From: an uncultured Bacteroidota bacterium
GTDB lineage: Bacteria > Bacteroidota > Bacteroidia > Flavobacteriales > Flavobacteriaceae
NCBI GenBank assembly: GCA_937136025.1
Contig: CAKZOC010000121.1
Location: 45,121 to 109,120 of the forward strand
Length of the DNA: 64,000 nucleotides
Direction of reading: 5' to 3'
Part shown: one piece after another, positions 49,606-59,857 of the stretch
Position numbering within the stretch: position 1 is the stretch's first letter
Layout of the letters: each line of letters opens with the position of its first letter
Translations under genes and position numbers: made by a program
Notes under the pieces: model-generated
Seen by the model: only the letters and a program-made list of their open reading frames with translations
Database searches by the model: none
Told to the model about the DNA's origin: nothing

Positions 49606-50619
49606 ATGATATTCATTACAGGAGGGACAGGTCTGGTCGGAAGTCATCTGCTGATTCGGCTGCTGCACTCCGGACAGAGCGTTAAAGCCCTTTGCCGGCC
49701 CCAAAGCGACCTGCAAAAGGTTTCGTCACTTTTTGAGTCCTACGGGCCGCAAACCGGTGCGTTATTTCCCAAAATTCAATGGGTGGAGGGGGACTTAAAT
49801 GACCTGCCTTCACTTATTCAGGCCTTCGACGAAGTAACTGAGGTATATCACTGTGCAGCTCTGATTTCATTTAACCCAAAGGACCGTGAGTTACTGCGCC
49901 AAATCAATCATACAGGGACTCAAAACATCGTCAACCTGTGCCTTGAGAAAGCGGTGAAACGCCTGTACTATTGCAGTTCGATAGCGACTATCGGAGGCAT
50001 CAAAAGCCCTCTTACGGAGAATGACCTATGGGATTTCGCGGATTCCAATGTCTACGCCACCAGTAAATATCTCGCTGAAATGGAAGTCTGGAGGGGAGGG
50101 CAGGAAGGTCTGGAAACCGTCATCGTAAATCCGGGCGTCATTTTTGGACCCGGGTTTTGGAATCAGGGTAGCGGACAATTTTTTACCAAAGTCACCTCCG
50201 GATTAAAATATGCGCCTCCGGGGAGCACAGGTTTTGTAGGGGTATGGGATGTGGTCAGGGCCTTTGAAGCCATTGCAGACAACCAAGGTTTTAACCAGCG
50301 GTTCATCCTGGTAGCCGAAAACTTAAAATATTCTGAAGTGATTTCGCAAATCGCGGACGTTTTGAAAGTACCCGGACCGAAAAAGAAACTGAAGCACTGG
50401 CAGTTGGAATGGCTGTGGCGACTGGACTGGTTTCGGGCTACCCTTACCCGGAACCCCAGGACATTATCCCGGGCCACAGCGCGCAATCTGAGAAAGCCCA
50501 GGGCCTATAGCTCTGAAAAAATTAAAGGATTAACCGGGTTGCGCTTTCAATCGATAGGTGATGTACTCAGGCGTTGCGGGGATCACTTCCCTCAAAGGAG
50601 GGCAGGCTCTCAGTCGTAG
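49606..50619 (+). CDS. NAD-dependent epimerase/dehydratase family (extended SDR)
   Basis: TGGTGLVG, YHCAA, YATSK and NPGVIFG motifs; 3' end overlaps the convergent DUF4296-like gene by 10 nt. Confidence 0.88.
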   Translation: MIFITGGTGLVGSHLLIRLLHSGQSVKALCRPQSDLQKVSSLFESYGPQTGALFPKIQWVEGDLNDLPSLIQAFDEVTEVYHCAALISFNPKDRELLRQINHTGTQNIVNLCLEKAVKRLYYCSSIATIGGIKSPLTENDLWDFADSNVYATSKYLAEMEVWRGGQEGLETVIVNPGVIFGPGFWNQGSGQFFTKVTSGLKYAPPGSTGFVGVWDVVRAFEAIADNQGFNQRFILVAENLKYSEVISQIADVLKVPGPKKKLKHWQLEWLWRLDWFRATLTRNPRTLSRATARNLRKPRAYSSEKIKGLTGLRFQSIGDVLRRCGDHFPQRRAGSQS

Positions 50620-51005
50620 TCCTCGGGCGGATCCAACGTATCCCTGTCTTTGGTTCTGTTGTCCTGAATAAGTTTGGATGTACTGTCCCTCTCACGTTCC
50701 AGACGGTCTTCAACAGCCTGATAAATTTCTTCATAAAGTGCTGGTACGGAAGCGTAATACAAATCGCTCTGCACGAATTGCGTACTGTCAATTCCGTATT
50801 TTTTAAACACAAAATCCATGACCTTGATGTTCTTGGATTTAAGCACCTGGGGGTGACTGTTGTCGATGGAGTTGATCAGCGTAATGTCGTAAAGGATGTC
50901 GGACATTTTTTCTTTTGAAATAAGGTCCTCAGGGGGCTCCATCAATTGGTTTCCACAAGAGAGGACCAAAAAACATATTCCGATGCAAAAAAAACGGTTG
51001 ATCAT
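50610..51005 (-). CDS. DUF4296-like lipoprotein
   Basis: Lipobox VLSC, then PEDLISKEKMSDILYDI...KYGIDSTQFVQSDLYY; usual position next to pyrC. Confidence 0.75.
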   Translation of the reverse strand: MINRFFCIGICFLVLSCGNQLMEPPEDLISKEKMSDILYDITLINSIDNSHPQVLKSKNIKVMDFVFKKYGIDSTQFVQSDLYYASVPALYEEIYQAVEDRLERERDSTSKLIQDNRTKDRDTLDPPEDYD

Positions 51006-52336
51006 CTGTCAAAGGTAAGCCTCATGGCATTTCGTTTCTCAGAAATCCGACCCTTTTCAAAAGCGAGGTGGCCGTTGACAAAAGTATATAAAACGCTGGC
51101 ATGAAACCTCTGCCCTTCGAAAGGAGACCATCCGCACTTATAAAGAATATTTTCCTTCGTTACAGTCCAGGGGGTATTGGGCGCCACAACGGTTAAATCC
51201 GCATAAAACCCTTCCCTTATAAATCCCCTTTCACGCACATTGAAGAGAATGGCCGGATTGTGGCACATTTTCTGAACAATAGTCTCCAGGGGAATGACCC
51301 CTGCCTTAAATTTTTCCATCAGTGCCGGAAGGACATGTTGTACAAGAGGTCCCCCAGAAGGGCATCTGACATAGGGCTGAGCCTTTTCCTCCAGGGTATG
51401 TGGGGCATGGTCGGTAGCCAGAACATCTATCCGGTCATCTAAAACGGCTTCCCACAATTGTTCCCGATCGGTCGCTGTTTTGACCGCCGGATTCCATTTT
51501 ATAAAAGCGCCTTTAGTTTCGTAATCTGCATCCGAGAACCAAAGATGATGAATACAGGCTTCGGCTGTAATCTTCTTTTCCGATAGCGGAATATCATTCC
51601 GAAACAAAGCCGTTTCCTTCCCAGTGGACAGATGAAAGACGTGAAGTCTGGCTCCGGTCTCACGGGCAAGGGCAATAGCCTGAGAGGACGAGAGATAGCA
51701 AGCCGCTTCGCTGCGTATTTGGGGGTGGTATTTCATTGGGATATCCTCCCCGTATTGTTCCGCGTACCGGGCCGCGTTCCCGCGTATTGTCGCTTCGTCT
51801 TCACAATGGGCACAAATTACCATTTCTGTACTTCGGAATATCCGTTCCAGAACGGTCTGATCGTCCACTAACATATCTCCTGTGGAGGACCCCAGAAATA
51901 GTTTTATCCCGGAACAGGCATTCTTATCCAGCCTTTTGATTTCCTCCAGATTATCGTTGGTTCCTCCCAAGGGGAAAGAATAATTGGCATAGGCAGAGCG
52001 TGCACCCATCTCAAATTTCTCCTCCAACTTCTTCAGGGTAGTGGTCTGAGGCACTGTATTGGGCTGCTCCATAAAACTGGTGATCCCTCCTGCAACAGCA
52101 GCACGGCTTTCCGAGGCAATATCGCCCTTATGGGTCAGGCCGGGCTCGCGGAAATGCACCTGATCGTCGATAAGTCCCGGAAGTAAGTAATTCCCTTCCA
52201 GGTCGATTACCCGGGCAGTGGCATCGCTAAGATCCCGGCCGATACGGGCGATGCGATTCCCCTCAATGAGCAAATCCCCTTCTGCAATTTTGCCATCACT
52301 GACCATTCTGGCATTCTTTAGTAGTGTCTTCTCCAT
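51002..52336 (-). CDS. pyrC: Dihydroorotase
   Basis: DDQVHFREPG, GIKLFLGSSTG, HCED, HVFH, KWNP and ATDHAPH motifs. Confidence 0.93.
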   Translation of the reverse strand: MEKTLLKNARMVSDGKIAEGDLLIEGNRIARIGRDLSDATARVIDLEGNYLLPGLIDDQVHFREPGLTHKGDIASESRAAVAGGITSFMEQPNTVPQTTTLKKLEEKFEMGARSAYANYSFPLGGTNDNLEEIKRLDKNACSGIKLFLGSSTGDMLVDDQTVLERIFRSTEMVICAHCEDEATIRGNAARYAEQYGEDIPMKYHPQIRSEAACYLSSSQAIALARETGARLHVFHLSTGKETALFRNDIPLSEKKITAEACIHHLWFSDADYETKGAFIKWNPAVKTATDREQLWEAVLDDRIDVLATDHAPHTLEEKAQPYVRCPSGGPLVQHVLPALMEKFKAGVIPLETIVQKMCHNPAILFNVRERGFIREGFYADLTVVAPNTPWTVTKENILYKCGWSPFEGQRFHASVLYTFVNGHLAFEKGRISEKRNAMRLTFDR

Positions 52337-52337
52337 G

Positions 52338-53066
52338 TTAAAACTCGTTTTTTCTAAAGATGCTTCGCGCCTTCATACTAATCACTCCAAAGACGGCTTC
52401 CCAAACAATGGTTTTGCTCATTTTTGACTCACCTTTTTCCCGGTCCGTAAATACAATGGATACCTCCTGCAATTTGAACTTTTTTCGGTAGGCCCTGAAC
52501 TTCATCTCTATCTGAAAGGCGTACCCGACAAACCGTACGGCATCCAGATCGATAGCCTCCAAAACCCTGCGGTGATAGCACATAAATCCTGCCGTGGGGT
52601 CGTGGATATTCATCCCTGTAATCATTTTAACATACACGGAGGCGCCATAGGAGAGCAGTACCCGTTTGAGTGGCCAGTTCACCACATTGACCCCCTTTTT
52701 ATACCGGGAACCTATCGCCACATCTGCCCCGTCCAGACAGGCGCGGTGCAGGCGGGTCAGGTCTGAAGGTCGATGAGAAAAATCGGCATCCATCTCAAAA
52801 ATATAGTCATAGGAATGCTTAAGGGCCCACTTAAACCCGTGAATATAGGCGGTCCCAAGGCCCGTTTTCCCCTTTCGCACTTCCAAATGCAGGTTTTGAG
52901 GGAATTCATGTTGCATCTCCCGCACCCGATCTGCAGTACCATCCGGGGAGTTGTCGTCTACGATAAGTACATCATACGCCCTGGGCAAAGCAAATACCGC
53001 CCGGGTAATGGCCTCGATATTCTCAATTTCATTATAGGTGGGAATGATTACAAGGCCTTCAGCCAT
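52338..53066 (-). CDS. Polyprenol monophosphomannose synthase (GT2, DPM1-like)
   Basis: IIPTYNE, DDNSPDGT, GLGTAY, MDADFSH, GSRY and GYAFQIE motifs; start moved to 53066. Confidence 0.9.
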   Translation of the reverse strand: MAEGLVIIPTYNEIENIEAITRAVFALPRAYDVLIVDDNSPDGTADRVREMQHEFPQNLHLEVRKGKTGLGTAYIHGFKWALKHSYDYIFEMDADFSHRPSDLTRLHRACLDGADVAIGSRYKKGVNVVNWPLKRVLLSYGASVYVKMITGMNIHDPTAGFMCYHRRVLEAIDLDAVRFVGYAFQIEMKFRAYRKKFKLQEVSIVFTDREKGESKMSKTIVWEAVFGVISMKARSIFRKNEF

Positions 53067-53166
53067 ACCAGAGGGTTTGGACAAAAATACCAAAATTAGT
53101 GTGTCAGCCTGAAGGTAGGGGGTTTTTTTACCCCTGGAAACCTCTATATTAAAAACGCTTATTTTG

Positions 53167-53174
53167 TACCTTTG
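53167..53174 (+). promoter_or_regulatory. -7 promoter element (TACCTTTG) for the GT-C / DUF4271 / hemD operon
   Basis: TAnnTTTG match 17 bp upstream of ATG 53192. Divergent minus-strand matches lie at 53082-53089 and 53091-53098. Confidence 0.6.
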
Positions 53175-53191
53175 GTCCAACCCAACCGCAG

Positions 53192-54853
53192 ATGAACAAA
53201 CTCCTTCCCAAACCTTTGCTGTTTCTTTTGGGAGGCCTGTTTGTGATCAATTTACTTCAGGCATACGCTACAGAATTAATCTATGATGAGGCGTACTACT
53301 GGTACTATTCACAAAATCTTTCCTGGGGTTATTTTGATCATCCCCCTATGGTCGGCTGGATGATTGCCCTGGGGTACGGCCTTTTTCAGAATGAACTTGG
53401 GGTGCGCCTGGTGAGTTGTTTTATGGGGACAGGTACCGCCCTGTTGATCTGGTCCCTGGTCCGCCACCCGGATAAAAAGATGTTCTATCGGGAATTTTTC
53501 GTGTGGATCCTGTCTATTACCCTCCTCCATGCCTATGGCTTTTTAAGTCTTCCCGATACCCCGCTTTTATTTTTTACGGCTCTCTTTTTGTGGGTGTACC
53601 GCAGATTTGTAAACCAACCCGGAACCTGGATTTCCCTGGCCCTGGGCATCTGTATGGCTGCCCTGATGTACAGTAAATACCACGCCGCCCTGGTTATCCT
53701 GTTTGTTCTGTTTTCCAATCTGCAGCTCTTAAAAAATCGGTATGCCTGGCTGGCCCTTGGGGTTTCACTCCTCTGTTACCTGCCCCATCTGTACTGGCTT
53801 TTTGACCACGATTTTGTTTCTCTGGAATTCCACCTCTTTGAGCGCCCGAATCAGCCTTATAATTTTTCCAAATTCACCCTTGGATTCCTTTTAAATCTGC
53901 TGGCTCTTTTCGGGCTTACTTTTCCTTTTGTATACAAAACACTTTTTGCCTTCAGAGCCGGAAACAAACTGGAAAAAGCGATGGTGTTTCTCATTTACGG
54001 TTTCCTGATCTTCTTCTTCATCTCCAGTTTTCAGCGCAGGGTCCAAACGCAATGGCTCGTGGTCATAAGCATTCCTGCAGCGGTAATCGTAGCGCAATGC
54101 CTGATGGAGCAACCCACATTGCGCAAATGGATATGGAGGTTAGGTCTGGCGAACGTCATTGTCCTGGCAGGGCTTCGCCTGGGGCTGGTCTATGAGCCCC
54201 TGTTTCCCGTTCATTTTGAAAGTCACGGAAACAAGGTCTGGGTCAGCAACCTGAAAACCTTATCTAAAGGGGTTCCCGTCGTTTTTGAAAATTCCTACCG
54301 AAAGGCCTCCATGTATGCTTTCTACAGTCAGGAGCCTGCTATCTCTCTGAACAATGCCTATTATCGAAAAGACCAATACGCCATAGATGGGTCCGAAGCA
54401 CTTGTACAGGGTAAGCAGGTATTTTATGTTTACAAAGAAGGAACGGGTCAAGAAGCATTCTATCTTGACGCCTGGGGAGAAAAAAAATTCGGAACTTTTA
54501 TTGAGAATTTCAGCTCGTACCGGGATTTGAAAGCCGGGATATCTGAAGGGGAAACTCTGGTAGCAGGACAGGAATATTCCTTCTGGATATACAATCCGTA
54601 CCAAAAAAACGTTCCATTAAAAGCGCTCCGTTTGGGAATCGCCTATTTAGATGCCTCTAAGCGCCTGAATGAAGTGATTCCGATAGATAGTCAGACAGGC
54701 CGCAATAAAGTGCTGGTTCCCGGAGATACCCTTAGGGTTCGTATTACCCTGCCAAAGGCAGTGAAAGCAGATCCGATGTATGTACGGGCGGTGATTTCAG
54801 AAAATGACCTGCCTTTTGGTCTCAACGGAAGGGCACAACGAATAAAACGGTAA
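53192..54853 (+). CDS. GT-C fold glycosyltransferase (GT39/GT83, PMT/ArnT-like)
   Basis: First-loop DEAYYW, YFDHPP, PDTP and SKY motifs; multi-TM with a soluble C-terminal domain. Confidence 0.85.
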   Translation: MNKLLPKPLLFLLGGLFVINLLQAYATELIYDEAYYWYYSQNLSWGYFDHPPMVGWMIALGYGLFQNELGVRLVSCFMGTGTALLIWSLVRHPDKKMFYREFFVWILSITLLHAYGFLSLPDTPLLFFTALFLWVYRRFVNQPGTWISLALGICMAALMYSKYHAALVILFVLFSNLQLLKNRYAWLALGVSLLCYLPHLYWLFDHDFVSLEFHLFERPNQPYNFSKFTLGFLLNLLALFGLTFPFVYKTLFAFRAGNKLEKAMVFLIYGFLIFFFISSFQRRVQTQWLVVISIPAAVIVAQCLMEQPTLRKWIWRLGLANVIVLAGLRLGLVYEPLFPVHFESHGNKVWVSNLKTLSKGVPVVFENSYRKASMYAFYSQEPAISLNNAYYRKDQYAIDGSEALVQGKQVFYVYKEGTGQEAFYLDAWGEKKFGTFIENFSSYRDLKAGISEGETLVAGQEYSFWIYNPYQKNVPLKALRLGIAYLDASKRLNEVIPIDSQTGRNKVLVPGDTLRVRITLPKAVKADPMYVRAVISENDLPFGLNGRAQRIKR

Positions 54854-55509
54854 TGGAAGTGATTCAGCGGGCAGTCCCGACAAATGATTGGATAACACTC
54901 ATTTTTGTAATGAGTTTATTCTGTCTCGTCTTTGCCAGAGCTTTTTTTCTGAGCCGTTTTCAGAATTTTATGATTCTTCCCTTTAACAATAAGTATATTT
55001 TTCTCTACAATAAAAAAGGGCGGCTGACCCATGGATTTCATATCGCATTGAGCTTGTTTATGTTTTTGAACCTCAGCCTTTTTGCGCTGTTTGTTTTTTC
55101 TATTTTATTCGATACCGAAATCAGTCCGGGCGGATCCCTGCTTTTGGTTTCCGGTGGTCTGCTGCTGGTGTATTTTATTATGAAAATCGGGATGCAGCTC
55201 CTCGGCGGTTTGATTCTTGAATTCAGCAAAATCACCTCTGCCCTGGTCTTCAAAAAGATGACCTATTTGAATTACAGCGCACTGGTTATGTTCCTTGCCA
55301 ATCTCTTGTTAGGTTATGTGATAAAAGATTCAAAAGCCATCGTTTTGATAAGTATTGGCTTGATTCTCCTTATCAATTGTATCGGTTGGATCAGTATTCT
55401 GAAGATCCATCAAAAGTTGATCGCCTCACATTTGTTTTATTTTATTTTATACCTTTGCACCCTCGAATTTGCACCTTTTTTGATCATTGCAAATCTGCTA
55501 AATGACTGA
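54853..55509 (+). CDS. DUF4271-like membrane protein
   Basis: Multi-TM; C-terminal FYFILYLCTLEFAP motif; coupled to hemD. Confidence 0.75.
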   Translation: MEVIQRAVPTNDWITLIFVMSLFCLVFARAFFLSRFQNFMILPFNNKYIFLYNKKGRLTHGFHIALSLFMFLNLSLFALFVFSILFDTEISPGGSLLLVSGGLLLVYFIMKIGMQLLGGLILEFSKITSALVFKKMTYLNYSALVMFLANLLLGYVIKDSKAIVLISIGLILLINCIGWISILKIHQKLIASHLFYFILYLCTLEFAPFLIIANLLND

Positions 55510-55512
55510 TAT

Positions 55513-56259
55513 ATGAAGGTAAAGACGATTCTGGTGTCCCAACCGGAGCCTAAAATGGAGAACAGTCCTTATTCCCGGCTCATTGAGAAGGAAAAGGTCA
55601 AGGTAGACTTCAGGCCCTTCATTCATGTGGAAGGTGTAGATGCCAAAAGCGTGCGTCAGCAGAAGATTGATCTTACCAATTATAGCGCTATTATTCTCAC
55701 CAGTCGCAATGCGGTCGATCATTTTTTCCGCATTTCAGAAGAAATGCGCTTTAAGGTCCCGGATTCCATGAAATATTTTTGCCAGTCCGAGGCTGTCGCT
55801 TACTACCTCCAGAAGTATGTCGTCTACCGCAAGCGCAAAATTTATGTCGGCAAGCGCAACTTTCAGGACCTGCAACCTCTTTTTAAGAAGTACAAGGATG
55901 AGAGTTATCTTTTACCTTCTTCAGATGTGTTGAAACAAGATACTCCGGAAACACTCGATCAGCTGGGTGTCAAATGGGAGCGTGGGATTTTTTACAAAAC
56001 CGTTATTAGCGACCTTTCCGACCTGAGGAATGTCTACTACGATGTTTTGGTGTTTTTCAGCCCTTCCGGCATTGAATCCCTGTTAAAGAACTTTCCAGAC
56101 TTCGAACAAAAGGAAACACGGATCGCGGTCTTCGGTAATTCCACCGTCGATGCTGCCACCGAAGCAGGACTTAGAATCGACATTAAAGCGCCGACTCCTG
56201 AAACGCCTTCCATGACTATGGCCCTTCAGAAGTACATTAACAGTGTAAACAAGAAATAA
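55513..56259 (+). CDS. hemD: Uroporphyrinogen-III synthase family protein
   Basis: ILVSQP, IILTSRNAVDHFF, FYKTV, VFFSPSGI and IAVFG motifs. Confidence 0.8.
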   Translation: MKVKTILVSQPEPKMENSPYSRLIEKEKVKVDFRPFIHVEGVDAKSVRQQKIDLTNYSAIILTSRNAVDHFFRISEEMRFKVPDSMKYFCQSEAVAYYLQKYVVYRKRKIYVGKRNFQDLQPLFKKYKDESYLLPSSDVLKQDTPETLDQLGVKWERGIFYKTVISDLSDLRNVYYDVLVFFSPSGIESLLKNFPDFEQKETRIAVFGNSTVDAATEAGLRIDIKAPTPETPSMTMALQKYINSVNKK

Positions 56260-56291
56260 AAAAAGGCTTCCAAATTGGAAGCCTTTTTTTT
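56260..56291. terminator. Bidirectional Rho-independent terminator between hemD and pckA
   Basis: A-tract-GGCTTCCA-AAT-TGGAAGCC-T-tract between convergent stops. Confidence 0.9.
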
Positions 56292-56293
56292 AT

Positions 56294-57910
56294 TTAATAG
56301 GCATAGCGCTGAGGGCCGCCCCTGCGAATTTCCTCATTGGCATAGGATTCAAATTTTCTGAAATTCTCCCTGAAGGCATTGGCCAATTTAAAGGCAGTGT
56401 CGTAATACGCCTTATCATTATTCCAGGTAGCCCGTGGACTCAGCAGGTCGGTTGGCACCCCGGGGCATTCTCTCGGTTGGGCCACTCCAAAAACGGAGTG
56501 AATGTGATAAGTATCGTAGGTGTACAAGCCCAGCGCCCCGCTGAGCGCGGCACGGATCATCGCCCGGGTGTACTTGAGTTTCATACGGGTTCCAACCCCA
56601 TACGATCCTCCCGTCCAGCCCGTATTAACCAACCAGACGTTCGCACCGGATTCCTGCATCTTCTTACTGAGCATTTCAGCATATTTTGTGGGATGGAGCG
56701 GCATGAATGGTGCGCCAAAACAGGCGGAAAAAGAAGGAACAGGCTCATTCACACCCGCCTCAGTTCCGGCAACCTTGGCCGTATAGCCTGAAATAAAATG
56801 ATAAGCCGCCTGGGCAGGAGTCAGCCTGGAGATGGGAGGCAGGACACCAAAGGCATCTGCCGTCAGGAAAAAGACATGTTTAGGGTTTTCCCCTATGGAA
56901 GGATCCTGACGGTTCTCAATATGATAAATCGGATAACTTACCCGGGTGTTTGGAGTGATCGCGGTATCGGCGAAGTCTACCCGTCCATCGGAATCCATAA
57001 TCACGTTCTCGAGAATAGCCCCTTTCCGGATCGCCCCGTAAATTTCAGGCTCATTCTCGGCGGAAAGATTAATCACTTTGGCATAACATCCTCCTTCAAA
57101 GTTGAAAACCGTATCCTCAGCGGTCCAGCCGTGCTCATCGTCCCCGATGAGTTTCCGGGAAGGATCGGTCGACAAGGTGGTCTTGCCTGTTCCTGATAAA
57201 CCAAAGAATATGGCCGTCTGTCCATCTTCCCCAACATTGGCGGAACAGTGCATGGGCAGCGTATTGCGAAATACGGGAAGGATGAAATTCAAGGCTGAAA
57301 AAATACCTTTTTTGATCTCCCCGGTATAGCCCGTCCCACCTATAAGTACAATCTTCCTGCTAAAATTCAAAATAGCAAAATTGTGCTGACGGGTGCCATC
57401 TGCAGCCGGATCCGCATGAAAACCCGGCGCATTGATAACGGTCCAGTCCGCCTTAAACTCCTGGAGTTCTTGGGCCGTAGGCCGTAAAAACATATTGTAT
57501 GCAAAATAATTCGACCAGGGATATTCATTGATCACCCGAACGCCCATCCGATACTTCGGATCTGAACAGACAAAGCTATCGCGCACAAAAAGCTCCCGCT
57601 CATTGAGATAGGCGATCACTTTATCGTATAAGGCATCGAATTTGTCGGGGTCAAAAGGTTTGTTTACCGGTCCCCACCAGACCTCTTTTTCGGTAATTTC
57701 ATCGCGGACAATAAAACGGTCCTGAGGTGCACGTCCCGTAAATTCACCAGTGTTCACCGCTAGCGCCCCGCTGTCTGCCTCCTGCCCCAACCCTGCATCG
57801 AGCGTGCGTTGGTGGAGCGCATCCGGAGATAATTGATATTGAATGTTTTCAGTTGTCAGTCCATATTCAGATAACGAAATCGATTTCGTTCCGGCAGTAA
57901 ATGAAGACAT
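56294..57910 (-). CDS. pckA: Phosphoenolpyruvate carboxykinase (ATP)
   Basis: GYTGEIKKG, MHCSAN, FFGLSGTGKTTLS, LIGDDEHGW, NFEGGCYAK and NTGW motifs; start moved to 57910. Confidence 0.97.
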   Translation of the reverse strand: MSSFTAGTKSISLSEYGLTTENIQYQLSPDALHQRTLDAGLGQEADSGALAVNTGEFTGRAPQDRFIVRDEITEKEVWWGPVNKPFDPDKFDALYDKVIAYLNERELFVRDSFVCSDPKYRMGVRVINEYPWSNYFAYNMFLRPTAQELQEFKADWTVINAPGFHADPAADGTRQHNFAILNFSRKIVLIGGTGYTGEIKKGIFSALNFILPVFRNTLPMHCSANVGEDGQTAIFFGLSGTGKTTLSTDPSRKLIGDDEHGWTAEDTVFNFEGGCYAKVINLSAENEPEIYGAIRKGAILENVIMDSDGRVDFADTAITPNTRVSYPIYHIENRQDPSIGENPKHVFFLTADAFGVLPPISRLTPAQAAYHFISGYTAKVAGTEAGVNEPVPSFSACFGAPFMPLHPTKYAEMLSKKMQESGANVWLVNTGWTGGSYGVGTRMKLKYTRAMIRAALSGALGLYTYDTYHIHSVFGVAQPRECPGVPTDLLSPRATWNNDKAYYDTAFKLANAFRENFRKFESYANEEIRRGGPQRYAY

Positions 57911-57930
57911 AAAAGTTAGTTTTGTTTGAG

Positions 57931-57938
57931 CAAAAATA
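57931..57938 (-). promoter_or_regulatory. -7 promoter element (TATTTTTG) for pckA
   Basis: TAnnTTTG match 20 bp upstream of ATG 57910. Confidence 0.6.
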
Positions 57939-57975
57939 TCAAAATAAAGACATTTTGTGACCTCCTGCACAGAAC

Positions 57976-58362
57976 TTAGTTCAAACCCCTGAAAACCCGA
58001 TAACCAAACACCGCCCAACCTGCGATGAGCAGCGCGCCCCCGATGGGAGTTACCCAGCCTATAGAACTGAGGTCGAGGCCTGCAAGAGGTGCCGTGGTCA
58101 GTGCAAAAATGGAAAATGAAAAGAAGAATACCCCCGTAGAGATCAGATAGAAAACAGTGCGCTTTGCCCGTGTTTTCAAAGCGTTCATACTTCCGAGTAT
58201 CAGCAAGAACAGGGCGTGATACATCAGGTAGGTCACTCCGGTCTGGAAACTGGCCAGGGAGGTTTCAGAAAGACGGGCCTTCAGGTAATGCGCACCAAAA
58301 GCCCCTAAAATGACGGCAAGTATCCCAAATAGCGTACCTGTACCTACAATTGCTTTGTTCAT
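57976..58362 (-). CDS. DUF423 family membrane protein
   Basis: LGAFGAH, YLMYHAL and TPIGG motifs; 4 TM segments; TACATTTG promoter at 58386-58393. Confidence 0.88.
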   Translation of the reverse strand: MNKAIVGTGTLFGILAVILGAFGAHYLKARLSETSLASFQTGVTYLMYHALFLLILGSMNALKTRAKRTVFYLISTGVFFFSFSIFALTTAPLAGLDLSSIGWVTPIGGALLIAGWAVFGYRVFRGLN

Positions 58363-58442
58363 AACTCCGGGGCTTTCCTTTTTAGCAAATGTAACATTTT
58401 GATACCTTCGTAAACCATAATCCTTAAACCTTCAGAACAGAT

Positions 58443-59816
58443 ATGGCCCGATGTATCCTGGTTGTTGGAGCCGGAAAATCGACCTCCTACCTTTTAGACT
58501 ACTTATTGGATAAAACCCGTGAAGAGCATCTCAATATTATTATTGCCGATAAGAATCCTCAGGGAGTTCCGAAGAAACTTCACACCCACCCCGATACGGA
58601 GGTTATCGGTTTGGATATAGCAGATCAGGCCGCGCGGAGGACTCAGATCGCAGAGGCCGATATTGTGATCTCCATGCTGCCGCCGAGCTTGCATCTGCAA
58701 GTGGCCAAAGACTGTCTGGAAGCGGGCAAAAACCTGATCACGGCTTCTTACATCAGCGAGGAAATGCGCAAACTGGATGCTGCCGTTCGGGAGAAAGGCC
58801 TCGTTTTTATGAATGAAATTGGTCTGGATCCGGGCATCGACCACATGAGTGCCATGCAGGTTATCGACCGGATCAAAGCTTCCGGTGGCCGGATGTTACT
58901 TTTCGAATCTTTTACCGGAGGGCTGGTGGCTCCGCAAAGCGATGATAACCTCTGGAATTACAAATTTACCTGGAACCCCAGAAATGTCGTGATTGCGGGT
59001 CAGGGGGGTGCAGCCAAATTCATTCAGGAAGGCACCTATAAATACATTCCGTATCACAAACTTTTCAGGCGTACCGAATTTCTCGAGATTGAAGGCTATG
59101 GAGCATTTGAGGCTTATGCCAACCGCGATTCCCTGAGTTACCGTAAGGCTTATGGCCTGGAAGACACCCTCACCTTATATCGCGGCACCATGCGTCGTAT
59201 TGGGTTTTCCAGGGCCTGGAATATTTTTGTGCAACTTGGAATGACCGATGACTCTTATAAGATCGAGAATTCGAAAGGAATGTCCTACAGGGACTTCACA
59301 AATCTATTCCTCCCTTATTCCCCTACAGATTCTGTGGAACTCAAGTTGCGGCATTACCTGAAAATTGATCAGGATGACAACCTTTGGGGTAAACTCATGG
59401 AGCTGAATATCTTCGATGCGGGGCGAAAAATCACCGTAAATGATGGCAGCCCGGCTCAAATCCTTCAGGAAATACTGGAACACAGTTGGACGTTAAAGCC
59501 CGAAGATCGGGATATGATTGTCATGTATCATAAATTTGGATACGAGTTAGATGGAAAACGCTTTCAACTCGATTCTAACATGGTCGTATTGGGCGAATCC
59601 GTACGGCACACGGCTATGGCAAAAACCGTCGGGCTCCCTGTGGGTATAGCTACCTTATTGATATTAAATGGTCAGATTACCACCCCGGGAGTACAAATCC
59701 CGATCCGTCGGGAGGTCTACGAACCTGTTCTGAAGGCCCTGGAGTCCTACAACATTCGTTTCAGGGAATACGAGATGCCCTATTTGGGGTATAATCCCGA
59801 TTCTGTAGGGAACTGA
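58443..59816 (+). CDS. Saccharopine dehydrogenase family protein
   Basis: VGAGKS, SMLPP, EIGLDPGIDHM, YKFTWNP, YANRDS, RGTMR and MAKTVGLP motifs. Confidence 0.9.
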   Translation: MARCILVVGAGKSTSYLLDYLLDKTREEHLNIIIADKNPQGVPKKLHTHPDTEVIGLDIADQAARRTQIAEADIVISMLPPSLHLQVAKDCLEAGKNLITASYISEEMRKLDAAVREKGLVFMNEIGLDPGIDHMSAMQVIDRIKASGGRMLLFESFTGGLVAPQSDDNLWNYKFTWNPRNVVIAGQGGAAKFIQEGTYKYIPYHKLFRRTEFLEIEGYGAFEAYANRDSLSYRKAYGLEDTLTLYRGTMRRIGFSRAWNIFVQLGMTDDSYKIENSKGMSYRDFTNLFLPYSPTDSVELKLRHYLKIDQDDNLWGKLMELNIFDAGRKITVNDGSPAQILQEILEHSWTLKPEDRDMIVMYHKFGYELDGKRFQLDSNMVVLGESVRHTAMAKTVGLPVGIATLLILNGQITTPGVQIPIRREVYEPVLKALESYNIRFREYEMPYLGYNPDSVGN

Positions 59817-59857
59817 GATCCCCGAATAATCTTATCTTTAGGTATAACCCACCAGGA

